64,000 nt of DNA from Eutreptiella sp. 'Long Island Sound 2002' (lineage: Eukaryota > Protista > Euglenida). Positions 25,091 to 38,579 of the stretch are shown piece after piece. Numbering within the stretch: position 1 is the stretch's first letter; each line of letters starts with the position of its first letter. Made by a program: the position numbers and the translations under genes. The stretch lies in the NCBI GenBank assembly GCA_964036045.1, contig OZ038378.1, positions 108,686,001 through 108,750,000 on the forward strand, written 5' to 3'. Below the pieces are notes generated by a model. That model searched no databases, was not told where the DNA came from, and saw only the letters and a program-made list of their open reading frames with translations.

Positions 25091-27596
25091 ACCTGGGCAG
25101 TCCTCTTCAGCTTCGGCAGGGTACATTGAGGCTTAAGCGCAGTAAGCTCACTGTCGTCAACGGGGGCCTCAAACACAATCTGTTCTTGGGCGGCTTCTGC
25201 AGCATGCACCTTCTGGTGCCCTTTGCGACCTTGGTCGCTATCAAAAACCTAGAGTGGAATGCCACGCAATGGCCACTCTTCTTGAGTATCCCAAGGTGCA
25301 CCTGTCACTCCCCTCTCCACCTGATCGTCTTGCAACATGTACCGCATGACGATGGCATGCTACAGAGCACCTCCAACGGCATTGCCAAGGTCCTTTTGCT
25401 TGATCGCTGATACAGCCAGAAACGCCACCTTAGTCCTCCCTCTGAAATTGCAATACTTGCGGCCATGGCCGGCATCTCATCCACAACAACCACTGCATCA
25501 ATGTTCCCACAATCAACCAGATACTTGTCAAGGTACAACAGCACGTGACTCAGAGGCATGAAACCACCGGGGTTCTTGATCTGCATCTCTTCGAAATGTC
25601 CAGCGAAGTACGTCAGATAGTTCTGCAACTGCAAATGCGACGAAGAAAGATCAGTAACTGAGACACCAGTGCGCAGGGCCTCGTGCACTCGACAGCGTCA
25701 AAAACAGCATATACCTGCTTATCCCAGCGGCTTGTTGTTCCAATCCACATAGTGTGCTCGTCAAACTAATACATGTTGGTTGTGACGGAACCCGCCATCC
25801 AGGAGTATACCGGCATCCGGGGATGATAGAAAGGCACTGTAGTTGGATCCTACTCCTTCTCAATACGCCACAGCCTCTGCATGTCTCGGCCAATACGGTA
25901 CACCACATCAGTCTCGCCATAGAAAATCACATCCTCACCCAACATCACCACATCTGACAACCACTTAGGAACGAATTCTGCAGAGTTGTATTCCACGAAG
26001 AGGTCAGCCTTGACAACTGTCGACGGGTACCGCAAGTCCCGGAAACGGGCTCGTGGTGGCTCTTCAATATCCTCAATACGGCATGGTGGCGAGCTGCACT
26101 CTGCCCCCTGGTCGTCCTGCTTGGAGACATTGATCACTTCGCCAGTGCTCAACTGTGTCTATGTCGTTTGCGCCGATGCTGGTTCCTCAGTCTTCCTCCG
26201 CAGTTGCTTCCGCATGCACGGACAGGGTCCGCGGTGACGGAGGTGCTCCCCTGTCCCCAGTCCGCCACAGGGGTGCACCAGTCAACGTTTTTCATTCTGG
26301 CCACGGCGACCAGTACTTCCAACTTTTTGCATTTTCCCGATAGCCCGAGTTTGCCAGACCAATCTTCAGTTGCGACGTGCCCGGTGCTGCGGCTTCTGCT
26401 CAAATCTTCGCAGCGGCAGCTGTGTACATGTGAAAAAATGGCGGATGCGTTCGCGAGCCCTCGCGCACCGAACCTGCGAAACCGCCGCATACCTGCGGTT
26501 TGCTTGGCGAAATCCTTATTGTGGCAGTGGTCAACGTGGAGAGTAACCGATTGTTCCGTAATCAACGCATCAATCTGGGGCTGGGTATTGTGTGTGGTCG
26601 CATCTTTCAGTTTATGATGCGCGCAAACACTTTGCAATAAACTTTGTAGATGCTGCCCCTCCAGCTTCTTGAAGGCATTCCTCGCGACATCCTCTTTCTT
26701 GCTCCTACTCTCGAGGTTCTTCATGTCTCTCACCGTGTCGTGGCCGCAGTAGTATGCCAGGGAGAAGACGCCCCTGCAGTGCTTGAATGCTGCCTCCTGC
26801 AAAGAAACAGGTGCAATATGGTGCGTGAGACCTCGCGCACTGCGACTGTGTGGCGCACCAACACATACTGTGTACCCTGGTTCTTCCAAATGCTCGGGGG
26901 CAAAAAACGCGGAATCGACCGCAGCCTGGACTACAGAAGTTTCGGACCCTTCGAAATCTTGTGGTTCCTTTTCCCGCTTCTGGTCCTGAGAAAAGCAACT
27001 TGTCTGGTGACTGGGACAGCGCATTCGACGTCACAGACTGGCTGCTAGCTTGCTGTAATCCTGCAACCTTGGCCTAGATGCTCCAAGGGGACTCGTACTA
27101 GAGATTGTCAACATAGCAGTATTCCTGCGGGTCCTCCAGCTCTCTGCTTTCTGCTAGCCGCACGTTATTAATCGGCCTGCATGTCTCTGTCCCGTCTTGC
27201 CCATGTAAAATGCAAAGTGAGCCATCTGCAAGGCAAATCATGTACCGCAGCACAGCAGGGAGGCGAAATGTTGTCGACCTTCCTTACGCAAAAATATAGA
27301 GCGAGTCATACCACTGCCCTCCCAAGCGGTTACGGGCAACGGTCCCGGTGGCGGCAACGCTTGGTATCCCGCCACTTTCTTGACAACCTCGTCTTGGTCG
27401 ATGGCTTGGATCTGTCCTCGTTCCCTTGTGTTGTTGCCCTTCAAATCAGCCCATTTTATCTTCACTGCCTTTCCATCATCTCCGGTATTGGCTTCTTTTC
27501 CCCTTCTTCTTCCGCCCTTTCTTCAGTGTGTTCTCTTGGTCGTCCCTGGTGATCTGCGTCTGGTGGCCTCCTTTCTGGCAACCCTGGTTGACTCAT
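25090..27596 (-). pseudogene. Gene A, subfamily 2 (introns 27226-27311, 26797-26868, 26420-26492, 25629-25714)
   Basis: GT-AG introns of 86, 72, 73 and 86 nt at positions matching the + copy; spliced protein aligns with 17132-19790. Three of the four introns carry the palindrome. Confidence 0.75.
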
Positions 27597-28103
27597 GGTG
27601 AGAACAAATACCTGAAGACAGAAAATGACATGATACAGAACACGTTCATTGGGCTCTGAATTCAGTCGAAACGCCACATTGCCACTTGTCCCCGCAATTC
27701 TGTCACACGACCGTATTTCCTGCAACCAATTTCACGGGACTTCGCGACCTACTCAGTGCGCGAGGTCTCGCGCACTCACACCGGATTACAGACCTGTTTC
27801 TCGTGTACTCTAGTGCACGCGGCCTTGCACACTGCAGGAATCAGGTACCGCACTCGCTGCCGCACGTTGCGCGGCGCATGTGCCTATCTGTCGGCATCCA
27901 AATCTGTTCTCCTCCCATCAACATCCTCTATTTTCCGTTTCAGTTGGTTTGTGGGCTTTGTCTTTTGGTCGATGAGGGCATCCAGCACGCTGTGACGGAG
28001 TAGCCCGTAATGGTCGTAACCGAGGGGTTGTATTGGTGAGGGTGGAACTCTCAGTAACCTCGCTGGCCACAAAATTTGCAACAGTACTGATGCACTTTGG
28101 ATC

Positions 28104-30700
28104 TCATTCCACGTAGGCCAAAAGTCTTGTTAGTCGTTGTTGCATCCTGTGTACCAGGTTCTTGGGAACGTTTTGTACATCCACGCGTTTACTACCTGGA
28201 AAAACCTGTAGTAACAAGTAGTTGTTTTTCACCTCCTCAACAGTAACAGACCCGGTGTTTTTCGCCTTATCACGCACCAGCTTGCTCAACAACCCCTCAC
28301 CAAACTCCTCCTAGTGTGCCTGGCAGGGCAGGTCCTGGGGCCACTTGCTGCTGTACAGCAATGTGCACATAATGGTCCGTTCATACTTCAGAACGTTGTC
28401 GCACGGTCCGCGTCCCAACCTCCGCAACAGACCGAAACTCAACTCCAACACCTCCTGGGCCCGCGACCCTGTACTGTTATTTCCCCCCGCCCAGTTGCAC
28501 TCTCCTACCAGGTGACCCAAGTAGAATAGCAATGGGCACCATTCCAGCATCAACCACAGCACTGTGTTTGCCACTGCTGTCCTGTTGGCATCCGATGTAT
28601 CACAACCACTAATTGCAGTTGCAGCCTGTGCCTTGCGATGGTACGGGGTAGGATCCTTGGGCTTCCAAGCAGCAGCGCAACAATAGTGTTTTCCATAACT
28701 ATCAATTTTGGGTACGATAGTATGGTGGTACCAGGGCGTAGCAGGCCTTTCTGTAGGAACGTTAGAATAGGCCAAAACACCTGAAAGGTGTGTGTAACAA
28801 CAAACCTGTAGGCGTGCCATACACAAGAAACTACAGGTACATAACGCAGGTTGGCATGCATGTTCCATCGTTGGGTCTTTGCGCCATACAACAGTTTTAA
28901 TATCCTGTAGTGTATGTTTCCGTCAACCAACAGCTGCAAGACCCTGTTTTTTTCTTCTGCATGAAGGTTGCCCCCCGCAAGCATTACTCAAAGCGGTTTA
29001 ACCACGGGCAACAGCGTTCATGGCCAGCCAAAGTACAAAGCAAGAAAACGTATACACAACAAATAGTATATGAACCTGTTTTTGTCTCGACGTGGTCACT
29101 CACCCGGATCATCTGGGTGCAGTGCACTGCCCTGCTTGGCACCAGAGGCCAGATGGTTACCTGAACAACCCGCTGGGTGGTGGACCTGAGTACATTGCTG
29201 AGAAAAGAAAAAAATAGAAAATGAAAAATTCAAAATATATGAAGAGTAGGGAGTTGGCCCAGTCATGGTTGCCAAGAACTGCAGTAAGGGGGAGGGGGGG
29301 CGCTGCAGTTGACAGTGAGGAGATGAAGGCAGAGGAGAACGGAAAATAACTGGCGGGGGGTACCTTTCCCCGAATCTCAGTGCGGGGCAGAGACCCCCCG
29401 GTCGCTAGTGGAGCTTAGCCTCCTTTCACACTGAAGTCTTAGGCGACTGTGACCGGTGAAGCTATTGCTGTGGGTGCTCGAGGTCTGGTGAGCTGGACAG
29501 TGTTGGTTTTAGTAACTGTGTGGTGTGTTGCACTGCAGCGTTTTCTTTGGGTGTTTGTTAAGGGGGGGCGGATGATTTAATTTTGGGATATGAGAGTCGA
29601 GTGCGGTGGTGAGCTGATGTGATGTGGATGGAAAAAGGATTTTTCCAGGGTTTGTGAGTTGTGTCTGGTTGTAAGGTGTGTAGGTCTGGTATGGGGCTAG
29701 ACCCTGTTTGTCCGTTTTTTTTTAGGCATGGCGGTCCCCCGCTCAAGACTACACAAATCTGCTCAACTGCGAGGTTCCTCGAAGGACAGCCGCTATTTAC
29801 AGCAAAACCATACAGAATTCAGACATAAGGTGTCAGAGACACTTTTGGAGAAAACCATAGGCTTAGGCCTGTTTGTCTGTTGTGCTGTGTCTTGCGCAAA
29901 CTGCAACAGGTTTAACAGCCCGATACCGCAGGTTACCTTTTCCTTCGACAGGGCAAACAGGGGCCACACCATAGCCTGCACAGCTGTTGTATCCCTCCTA
30001 ACTTCCAACAGTGCCCTCACATTTCCGGTATTTGGTACACAACCATCCACATATCCCATGTCACGAACAGTCTGGGTGATTCTCCTTTCCCGCTGTTGCG
30101 GAGCCCGTGCCACTGTCGTTATGTGTGGTGCCAGGTACTGAACGGTACGGTGGTCTGTCCAGTACGTCCGTCTCTGCCCAGCTGAAGTACTGCCATTGCA
30201 GTACATTTTTGCGACCGGTCACTTTTGTCTGGGTGTGTCGTGTATTGTGCCCGGTACCAGTTGTCCATCCGCAGCATGCAACACGATGCAACCACCTATG
30301 TCCACGTTCCCTTGAATGCGGCTGGTGCCTGTTCGTCCATCATATTTGCGGCGGCGTCTGCTTGCGCGGGTCGTACTTTTGTTCGTCTTTCTCTTTGTGT
30401 TAGGTGCTTTTTTGTGTTTCCCGGTTTTGTCCTGTTTGGTACTGCCCGTCATCAACAGGTACAGGTTCCCGGCGTCTTGTCGCAAAATGCGCACCCAGCG
30501 CTTGTCCTCCTGCGTTTTAGCTGCGGATAAACTGTGTCGCGTCCTTTTGTTGAACCTTAGTCGCTGTGCAAATGTTAACACCAGTTGTGCCGCCAGGTCG
30601 TTTGGTTCCAGTCCGTTCCACAAGTCATCAGCTGTATGGTATGCTGGTTCTGCAGCACATGCCTCTCATAGCCCACACAAACTGCGGCCCCCTTTAGGAA
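28104..30700 (-). pseudogene. Gene B: putative RNase H-fold (DDE-like) transposase, interrupted by a 918-bp insertion
   Basis: Motifs in order (consensus over copies): L(W/R)(I/M)DNW(Y/D)RAQY..., LLVD(G/E)NIHYRILKLLY, PVV..VWHA(Y/H)(K/R), AH.EEFGEGLLSKL. Their order and spacing resemble D/D/H/E of DUF6589-like or 'GxFH' transposase families (by eye). Confidence 0.55.
28950..29867 (-). mobile_element. 918-bp non-autonomous retroposon-like insertion with 7-bp TSD CCTGTTT and short A tail
   Basis: CCTGTTT at 28943-28949 and 29868-29874; only one CCTGTTT in the empty site at ~32215 and ~39985; minus strand ends gcagaagaaaaaaa. Confidence 0.8.
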
Positions 30701-30799
30701 GGGGAGGACACAAAAAACGGCAACCGAAGGAACTATTTTTTTTGGACATTTACAGCACACATGATTCAGATATCACCAAAAAAACCGTTTTTTACGCAA

Positions 30800-33750
30800 C
30801 TTGCTGCTTTTCTTAAGATTTTGTTTACGAAAATAAATTATTGTTTTGATTGATTTGAAGGGTGCGTATTACCAATGTTGTTGTTTTGTATTTCAAAATC
30901 CCACCAGCACGTGGCTTTTCAGAAGCTCTTTTTCAAAAATGACATTCTTTGGAATTCCAGTTGAACCAAAGTTTGTCCTGCGAAATAAATTGCTTTTTTC
31001 TGCGCCTCAGTGCGCGAGGCCTCGCGCACTCAAGGTCGTGGAGACAAATGTGTACAAAAGGCAAAGAAATCACAACACGAAATACACAACATGCAAACAC
31101 TGAAAGAAAGGCTCGACAAAAATGTACAAGCCCCTAAGGGCATATAAATGCATTCCCGTCGAAGGCGAGTGCGCGAGACCTCGCGCAACCATGACTGCAA
31201 AAAGAGAAAAACACCTGGGTTAATCATGACCTACTTCTTCTTCGGTCCTGCAAATTTAGCCAACCTGGAATTAAGGCTCCTTGCCACTGAACGTTCCCCA
31301 CTTGGCGAGGCAATGGTACCAGGGGATGGCTGAGCACCAGAACGCGATGGCGGCTTGAACTCTGCACTAGCACTTGCAGCAGTCTTCGCTTTCTTCTCTG
31401 GCTGGTCCTTACCCGAATCATCGGGACTTGCATCAAAGTGAGAGGCGGGCGCCCGCTTCCGCTTCTGCTGTGTCTCCAGTACTTGCTCAGGATCATCTTC
31501 TTCCCCCTCGTCGCCATCGTGGTTGTCTGATTCTCCCGTCTTGTCCGATTTCTTTCTCTTTTCTTTTGCCTGCTTCTTGCTACTCGAGGGAATTCCTCTC
31601 TGGCTGCAGTACCCCGAGTCGGTACAACTTTGGCCGCCTTCTTCAGCTTGGGCAGGGTAGGTGCGTTCTTAGGCGCAGTAGACTCACTCTCGTCAACGGG
31701 GACCTCCGACACGATCGGTTCTTGGGCGGCTTCTGCAGCATTCACCTTCTGGTGCCCTACGTGTACAAAACCTGTACAAAACCCAGGGTGGAATGCCACG
31801 CAAAAGAGACTCTTCTTGAGTATCCAAAGTTGCAGCTGTCACTCCCTGCTCCAGCTGATCATCTTCCAACACGTACCGCAGGATGATGGCATGCTGCAGA
31901 GCACCTTCAACGGCATAGTAGTAGTATCCTTGTTGTGGGGGGTATCAGCGCAGCAATAATTTTTTTCATGACCAACAGTTTTGGGTATGATAGTACGGTT
32001 GAACCAGGGCGTAGCAGGCTGTTCCGTAGGTAAGCTAGAATAGGCTGGAACACCCAAAAAGTGTGTGTAACAACAAACTTGTGGGTGTGTCAAACACCGT
32101 AAAGTACAGGTACGTACCGCAGGTAGGCACGCATGTTCCATCGTTGGATATTTGCCGCATTCAACAGCTTCAGTATCCTCTAGTGTCGGCTCTCATCAAC
32201 CAACAGCGGTAAAACCCTGTTTGTCTCCTGTGCTGCGTCCTTCACAAACTGCAACAAGTTTAACAGACCGACACGGCAGGTTACCATTTCTTTCCACAGG
32301 GCAAACGGGCCTCACATCGGTGCCTGCACTGTCGTTGTTTGCCTGTTCACATCCAACGGTGCTCTCACATTTCCGGTATCTGGTACACAACCATCCGCAT
32401 CTTCCATGTCAGGCAGAGTCTGGGTGATTCTCCTTTCGCGTTGTTGCAGAGCCCGTGCGACTGTGGTTTTTCGTGCTGCGAGGTCCTCAATGGCTGGGTG
32501 AAATACTGCAATTACAGTACAGTTTTTCTATTGGTCACTTGCGTTTGGGTGTGGCCTGTATTGTGCCCGGTCCCAGTTGTCAATCCACAGCACGCAGCAC
32601 GATGCAAGCACCAGTGTCCACGTTGCTTTAAGTGCTGCTGCAGCCTGTTCGTTCGCTGTATTTGCGGCGGCGTCTGCTTGCCCAAGTCGTACCTTCGTTT
32701 ATCTTTCTCTTCGTGTTAGGTACCCTGTTGTGTTTCCCGGTTTTTTTCTGTTTGGTACTGCCCGTTGACGCATCAACAGATACAGGTTCGAGGCGTCTTG
32801 TCGCAAAATGCGCACCCAGCGCTTGTCCTTCTGCCTTTTAGCTGCGGCCTGACTGTGTCGGGTTCTTTTTTTGAACCTGAGTCGCTGTGCAAATGTTAAC
32901 GCCAGTTGTGCCGCCTGGTCCTTTCGTTTCAGTCCGTTCCACAAGTCGTCAGCTGTTTGATATGATGGTTCTGCAGCGCATGCCACTCTCGGTGATGCTG
33001 CCCCTTTGCTTATTTCTGCAATCATGCGATGCGTTACGGATTTTCTGGGGCGAAGCGGCATTCTGCATTTTCTGTGTTAAATTGAATTGAGGCGTACATT
33101 TTAATTAGCGTTTCGCATAGCATTCTTTATAAACAGTGTGGCCTTTTTCATGTCGTCATTACTAGTGCGCACACAGCCGTCGCAATATGTATTCGGTGTC
33201 TGCGTGCGCTCTGTTGCCAGTAACCGAAAACCGTTTTCCCAACCACAATCTCCTGTTCGATTTCCTTCTTTCAATCCAGTCAAAAAAAACCCTATCCTTT
33301 GGGCAGCGAAGGCTACAACCGCCCCTAAAACTGGACACGTCTGCCATTGAGTGGCTGTTGGGAAACAAAATCATTCCCCTCACCGCCTGACGGATATGAC
33401 GAAGGTGACCGATGTATAATCGACAGTCACAAGTGGTAGGCTTGAAAGGGAATGTAAATGCCGGCGCAGCCTGACCAGCCCGCTTTTTCATTTCCTTGTG
33501 TGATTTGAGTGCGGGAGGGATCACGCACTGATTGTTTCCGGTGGACAATGTTGTGTACCGTGTCATACGTGACCAACATTGTGTCTACACACACGTACAT
33601 CGCAAAAATCAAATGTACTTGTCAGTATAGTACTGCCACTGCAGTCTTACGCGTCTTATCCACCCTGTAAACCATTACAGAACGTGATCAGAGTGCGCGA
33701 GGCCTCGCGCACCCCGGATGCCTAAATTTGTATGTCATTTTTAAGTTAGA
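30800..33750 (-). mobile_element. Internally deleted derivative carrying the gene B N-terminal part fused to the gene A tail
   Basis: Gene B motifs (WIDNWDR, LLVDE, YPKL) run into the gene A tail at ~31917-31931; palindromes at 31009, 31170 and 33693. Confidence 0.7.
31009..31030. promoter_or_regulatory. Perfect 22-bp palindrome AGTGCGCGAGGCCTCGCGCACT (duplicate at 38778-38799)
   Basis: Sequence read directly; function is inferred. Confidence 0.5.
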
Positions 33751-33829
33751 GTGTATGTGTTTCACCGAACATGGGAAGTCTGGCCGTCATACACTTTCCA
33801 TGCACCTCCGTCAATACAATGTGAGTACA

Positions 33830-35374
33830 GGCTCGTGGTGGCTCTTCAATATCCCCAATACGGCATGGTGGCGAGCTGCACTCTGCCCCCTGGTCGTCCT
33901 GCTTGGAGACATTGATCACTTCGCCAGTGCTCAACTGTGTCTATGTCGTTTGCGCCGATGCTGGTTCCTCAGTCTTCCTCCGCAGTTGCTTCCGCACGGA
34001 CAGGGTCCGCGGTGACGGAGGTGCTCCCCTGTCCCCAGTCCGCCACAGGGGTGCACCAGTCAACGTTTTTCATTCTGGCCACAGCGACCAGTACTTCCAA
34101 CTTTTTGCATTTTCCCGATAGCCCGAGTTTGCCAGACCAATCTTCAGTTGCGACGTGCCCGGTGCTGCGGCTTCTGCTCAAATCTTCGCAGCGGCAGCTG
34201 TGTACATGTGAAAAAATGGCGGATGCGTTCGCGAGCCCTCGCGCACTGAACCTGCAAAACCGCCGCATACCTGCGGTTTGCTTGGCGAAATCCTTATTGT
34301 GGCAGTGGTCAACGTGGAGAGTAACCGATTGTTCCGTAGTCAACGCATCAATCTGGGGCTGGGTATTGTGTGTGGTCGCATCTTTCAGTGTATGATGCGC
34401 GCAAACACTTTGCAATAAACTTTGTAGATGCTGCCCCTCCAGCTTCTTGAAGGCATTCCTCGCGACATCCTCTTTCTTGCTCCTACTCTCGAGGTTCTTC
34501 ATGTCTCTCACCGTGTCGTGGCCGCAGTAGTATGCCAGGGAGAAGACGCCCCTGCAGTGCTTGAATGCTGCCTCCTGCAAAGAAACAGGTGCAATATGGT
34601 GCGCGAGACCTCGCGCACTGCGACTGTGTGGCGCACCAACACATACTGTGTACCCTGGTTCTTCCAACTGCTCGGGGGCAAAAAACGCGGAATCGACCGC
34701 AGCCTGGACTACAGAAGTTTCGGACCGTTCGAATTCTTGTGGTTCCTTTTCCCGCTTCTGGTCCTGAGAAAAGCAACTTGTCTAGTGACTGGGACAGCGC
34801 ATTCGACGTCACAGACTGGCTGCTAGCTTGCTGTAATCCTGCAACCTTGGCCTAGATGCTCCAAGGGGACTCGTACTTGAGAATGTCAACATAGCAGTAT
34901 TCCTGCGGGTCCTCCAGCTCTCTGCTTTCTGCTAGCCGCACGTTATGAATCGGCCTGCATGTCTCTGTCCCGTCTTGCCCATGTAAAAGGCAAAGTGAGC
35001 CATCTGCAAGGCAAATCATGTACCGCAGCACAGCAGGGAGGCGAAATGTTGTCGACCTTCCTTATGCAAAAATATAGAGCGAGTCATACCACTGCCCTCC
35101 CAAGCGGTTACGGGCAACGGTCCCGGTGGCGGCAACGCTTGGTATCCCGCCATATTCTTGACAACCTCGTCTTGGTCGATGGCTTGGATCTGTCCTCGTT
35201 CCCTTGTGTTGTTGCCCTTCAAATCAGCCCATTTTATCTTCACTGCCTTTCCATCATCTCCGGTATTGGCTTCTTTTCCCCTTCTTCTTCCGCCCTTTCT
35301 TCAGTGTGTTCTCTTGGTCGTCCCTGGTGATCTGCGTCTGGTGGCCTCCTTTCTGGCAACCCTGGTTGACTCAT
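33830..35374 (-). pseudogene. Gene A subfamily 2, duplicated copy, 3'-truncated by the duplication junction
   Basis: Near-identical to 26048-27596. Confidence 0.72.
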
Positions 35375-35880
35375 GGTGAGAACAAATACCTGAAGACAGA
35401 AAATGACATGATACAGAACACGTTCATTGGGCTCTGAATTCAGTCGAAACGCCACATTGCCACTTGTCCCCGCAATTCTGTCAAACGACCGTATTTCCTG
35501 CAACCAATTTCACGGGACTTCGCGACCTACTCAGTGCGCGAGGTTCCGCGCCCTCACACCGGATTACAGACCTGTTTCTCGTGTACTCTAGTGCACGCGG
35601 CCTTGCGCACTGCAGGAATCAGGTACCGCACTCGCTGGCGCACGTTGCGCGGCGCATGTGCCTATCTGTCGGCATCGAAATCTGTTCTCCTCCCATCAAC
35701 ATCCTCCATTTTCTGTTTAAGTTGGTTTGTGGGCTTTGTCTTTTGGTCGATGAGGGCATCCAGCACGCTGTGACGGAGTAGCCCGTAATGGTCGTAACCG
35801 AGGGGTGGATTGGTGAGGGTGGAACTCTCAGTAACCTCGCTGGCCACAAAATTTGCAACAGTACTGATGCGCTTTGGATC

Positions 35881-38470
35881 TCATTCCACGTAGGCCAAAA
35901 GTCTTGTTAGTCGTTGTTGCATCCTGTGTACCAGGTTCTTGGGAATGTTTTGTACATCCACGCGTTTACTACCTGGACAAACCTGTAGTAACAAGTAGTT
36001 GTTTTTCACCTCCTCAACAGTAACAGACCCGGTGTTTTTCGCCTTATCACGCACCAGCTTGCTCAAAAACCCCTCACCAAACTCCTCTTAGTGTGCCTGG
36101 CCGGGCAGGTCCTGGGGCCACATGCTGCTGTACAGCAATGTGCACATAATGGTCCGTTCATACTTCAGAACGTTGTCGCACGGTCCGCGTCCCAACCTCC
36201 GCAACAGACAGAAACTCAACTGCAACACCTCCTGGGCCCGCGACCCTGTACTGTTATTTCCCCCCGCCCAGTTGCACTCTCCTACCAGGTGACCCAAGTA
36301 GAATAGCAATGGGCACCATTCCAGCATCAACCACAGCACTGTGTTTGCCGCTGCTGTCCTGTTGGCATCCGATGTATCACAACCACTAATTGCAGTTGCC
36401 GCCTGTGCCTTGCGATGGTACGGGGTAGGATCCTTGGGCTTCCAAGCAGCAGCGCAAAAATAGTGTTTTCCATAACTATCAATTTTGGGTACAATAGTAT
36501 GGTGGTACCAGGGCGTAGCAGGCCCTTCTGTAGGAACGTTAGAATAGGCCAAAACACCAGAAAGGTGTGTGTAACAACAAACCTGTAGGCGTGCCATACA
36601 CAAGAAACTACAGGTACATAACGCAGGTTGGCATGCATGTTCCATCGTTGGGTCTTTGCGCCATACAACAGTTTTAGTATCCTGTAGTGTATGTTTCCGT
36701 CAACCAACAGCTGCAAGACCCTGTTTTTTTCTTCTGCATGAAGGTTGCCCCCCGCAAGCATTACTCAAAGCGGCCTAACCACGAGCAAGAGCGTTCATGG
36801 CCAGACAAAGTACAAAGCAAGAAAACATATACACAACAAATTCTTCTGTTCTTGTCTCCACGTGGTCACTCACCCGGATCATCTGGGTGCAGTGCACTGC
36901 CCTGCTTGGCACCAGAGGCCAGATGGTTACCTGAACACCCCGCTGGGTGGTGGACCTGAGTACATTGCTGAGAAAAGAGAAAAAATAGAAAATGAAAAAT
37001 TCAACATATATGAAGAGTAGGGAGTTGGCCCAGTCATGGTTGCCAAGAACTGCAGTAAGGGGGAGGGGGGGCGCTGCAGTTGACAGTGAGGAGATGAACG
37101 CAGAGGAGAACGGAAAATAACTGGCGGGGGGTACCTTTCCCCGAATCTCGGTGCGGGGCAGAGACCCCCTGGTCGCTAGTGGAGCTTAGCCTCCTTTCAC
37201 ACTGAAGTCTTAGGCGACTGTGACCGGTGAAGCTATTGCTGTGGGTGCTCGAGGTCTGTTGAGCTGGACAGTGTTGGTTTTAGTAACTGTGTGGTGTGTT
37301 GCACTGCAGCGTTTTCTTTGGGTGTTTGTTAAGAGGGGGCGGATGATTTATTTTTGGGGAATGAGAGTCGAGTGCGGTGGTGAGCTGATGTGATGTGGAT
37401 GGAAACAGGATTTTTCCAGGGTTTGTGAGTTGTGTCTGGTTGTAAGGTGTGTAGGTCTGGTATGGGGCTAGACCCTGTTTGTCCGTTCTTTTTAGGCATG
37501 GCGGACCCCCGCCCAAGACTACACAAATCTGCTCAACTGCGAGTTTCCTCGAAGGACAGCCGCTATCTACAGCAAAACCATACAGAATTGAGACACAAGG
37601 TGTCAGAGACACTTTTGGGGAAAACCATAGGCTTAGGCCTGTTTGTCTGTTGTGCTGTGTCTTGCGCAAACTGCAACAGGTTTAACAGCCCGATACCGCA
37701 GGTTACCTTTTCCTTCGACAGGGCAAACAGGGGCCACATAATAGCCTGCACGGCTGTTGTATCCCTCCTAACTTCCAACAGTGCCCTCACATTTCCGGTA
37801 TTTGGTACACAATCATCCACATATCCCATGTCACGAACAGTCTGGGTGATTCCCCTCTCCTGCTGTTGTGGAGCCCGTGCCACTGTCGTTATGTGTGGTG
37901 CCAGGTACTGAACGGTACGGTGGTCTGTCCAGTACGTCCGTCTCTGCCCAGCTGAAGTACTGCCATTGCAGTACATTTTTGCGACCTGTCACTTTTGTCT
38001 GGGTGTGTCGTGTATTGTGCCCGGTAACAGTTGTCCATCCGCAGCATGCAACACGATGCAACCACCTATGTCCACATTCCCTTGAATGCGGCTGGTGCCT
38101 GTTCGTCCACCATTTTTGCGGCGGCGTCTGCTTGCGCGGGTCGTACTTTTGTTCGTCTTTCTCTTTGTGTTAGGTGCTTTTTTGTGTTTCCCGGTTTTCT
38201 CCTGTTTGGTACTGCCCGTCATCAACAGGTACAGGTTCCAGGCGTCTTGTCGCAAAATGCGCACCCAGCGCTTGTCCTCCTGCGTTTTAGCTGCGGATAA
38301 ACTGTGTCGCGTCCTTTTGTTGAACCTTAGTCGCTGTGCAAATGTTGACACCAGTTGTGCCGCCAGGTTGTTTGGTTCCAGTCCGTTCCACAAGTCATCA
38401 GCTGTATGGTATGCTGGTTCTGCAGCACATGCCTCTCGAAGCCCACACAAACTGCGGCCCCCTTTAGGAA
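35881..38470 (-). pseudogene. Gene B, duplicated copy
   Basis: Near-identical to 28104-30700. Confidence 0.55.
36727..37637 (-). mobile_element. Duplicate of the retroposon-like insertion
   Basis: TSD CCTGTTT at 36720-36726 and 37638-37644. Confidence 0.8.
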
Positions 38471-38579
38471 GGGGAGGACACAAAAACGGCAACCAAAAGA
38501 ACTATTTTATTTGGACATTTACAGCACACATGATTCAGATATCACCAAAAAAACCGTTTTTTACGCAACTTGCTGCTTT

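Larger units (their letters stand above)
26048..33828. repeat. Tandem duplication unit 1 (7.78 kb)
   Basis: Collinear with 33830-41590 at offset 7782 falling to 7762; near-identical, with scattered substitutions and small indels. Confidence 0.95.
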
